From the NCBI RefSeq assembly GCF_963921235.1, contig NC_086109.1, positions 744,001-808,000 on the forward strand: 64,000 nt of DNA. The letters are read 5' to 3'. The position numbers were made by a program, and so were the translations under genes. A model generated the notes under the pieces. That model saw nothing but the letters and a program-made list of their open reading frames with translations, searched no databases and had not been told where the DNA came from. Of this stretch, positions 63,646 to 64,000 are shown one piece after another. The DNA is from Mobula hypostoma. Lineage: Eukaryota. Positions within the stretch are counted from its first letter, which is position 1. Each line of letters starts with the position of its first letter.

Positions 63646-64000
63646 ACTTTATCATCTGCAAACTTTGCTTCAAAGCCATCGATTCCATTATCTAAATCTT
63701 TAACAAACAATGTGAAAAGCAGTGGTCCAAATACTGACCCCTGAAGAACACCACTAGTCACAGGCAGCCAACCAAAAAAGGCCCCCCTTATTCCCACTCA
63801 CTGCCTCCTGCCTGTCAGCCATTCCTCTATCCATGCTTGTATCTTTCCTGTAATGCCACAGGGTTTTATCTTGTTGTGTGACACCTTTTCAAATGCCTTC
63901 TGACATTCACTGCTTCTCCTTTGTCCACCCTGCTTGTTACTGCCTTGAAGAACTCTAACAGATTTGTCAGGCAAGATTTCCCTTTGCAGAAACCATGCTG
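63646..64000 (-). mobile_element. old CR1 RT fragment
   Basis: SGVLQGSVFGP and FADD-region remnant. Confidence 0.7.

Overview
Eukaryotic, repeat-dense vertebrate DNA; the repeat content suggests a cartilaginous fish, probably a ray (inference). The only host gene I can support is the 3' half of a KIRREL/NEPH immunoglobulin-superfamily gene on the minus strand, most like KIRREL1/NEPH1. Five GT-AG exons (53156-52958, 52241-52134, 23853-23714, 14742-14665, 13030-12629) splice in frame and encode the end of the last Ig domain, a TM helix and a cytoplasmic tail ending QRMQTHV. Most of the rest is nested retroelements: at least three CR1 LINE families (labelled A, B and C here), Rex1/Babar LINEs, decayed Tx1-like LINEs, Penelope-like (GIY-YIG) elements, one Tigger/pogo deletion derivative, and several minisatellites. 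The most interesting signals are: (i) a family of very short, often fold-back, Penelope-derived insertions with 13-14 bp target-site duplications and minimal hammerhead ribozyme cores; (ii) Tx1-like 3' ends joined at the same phase of a ~57-bp tandem repeat; (iii) a 28-bp minisatellite that grew out of the CR1 ORF1 esterase motif; (iv) inverted CR1 copies bracketing the Ig and TM exons. All coordinates were read by eye, boundaries of decayed repeats are approximate, and no database searches were run.
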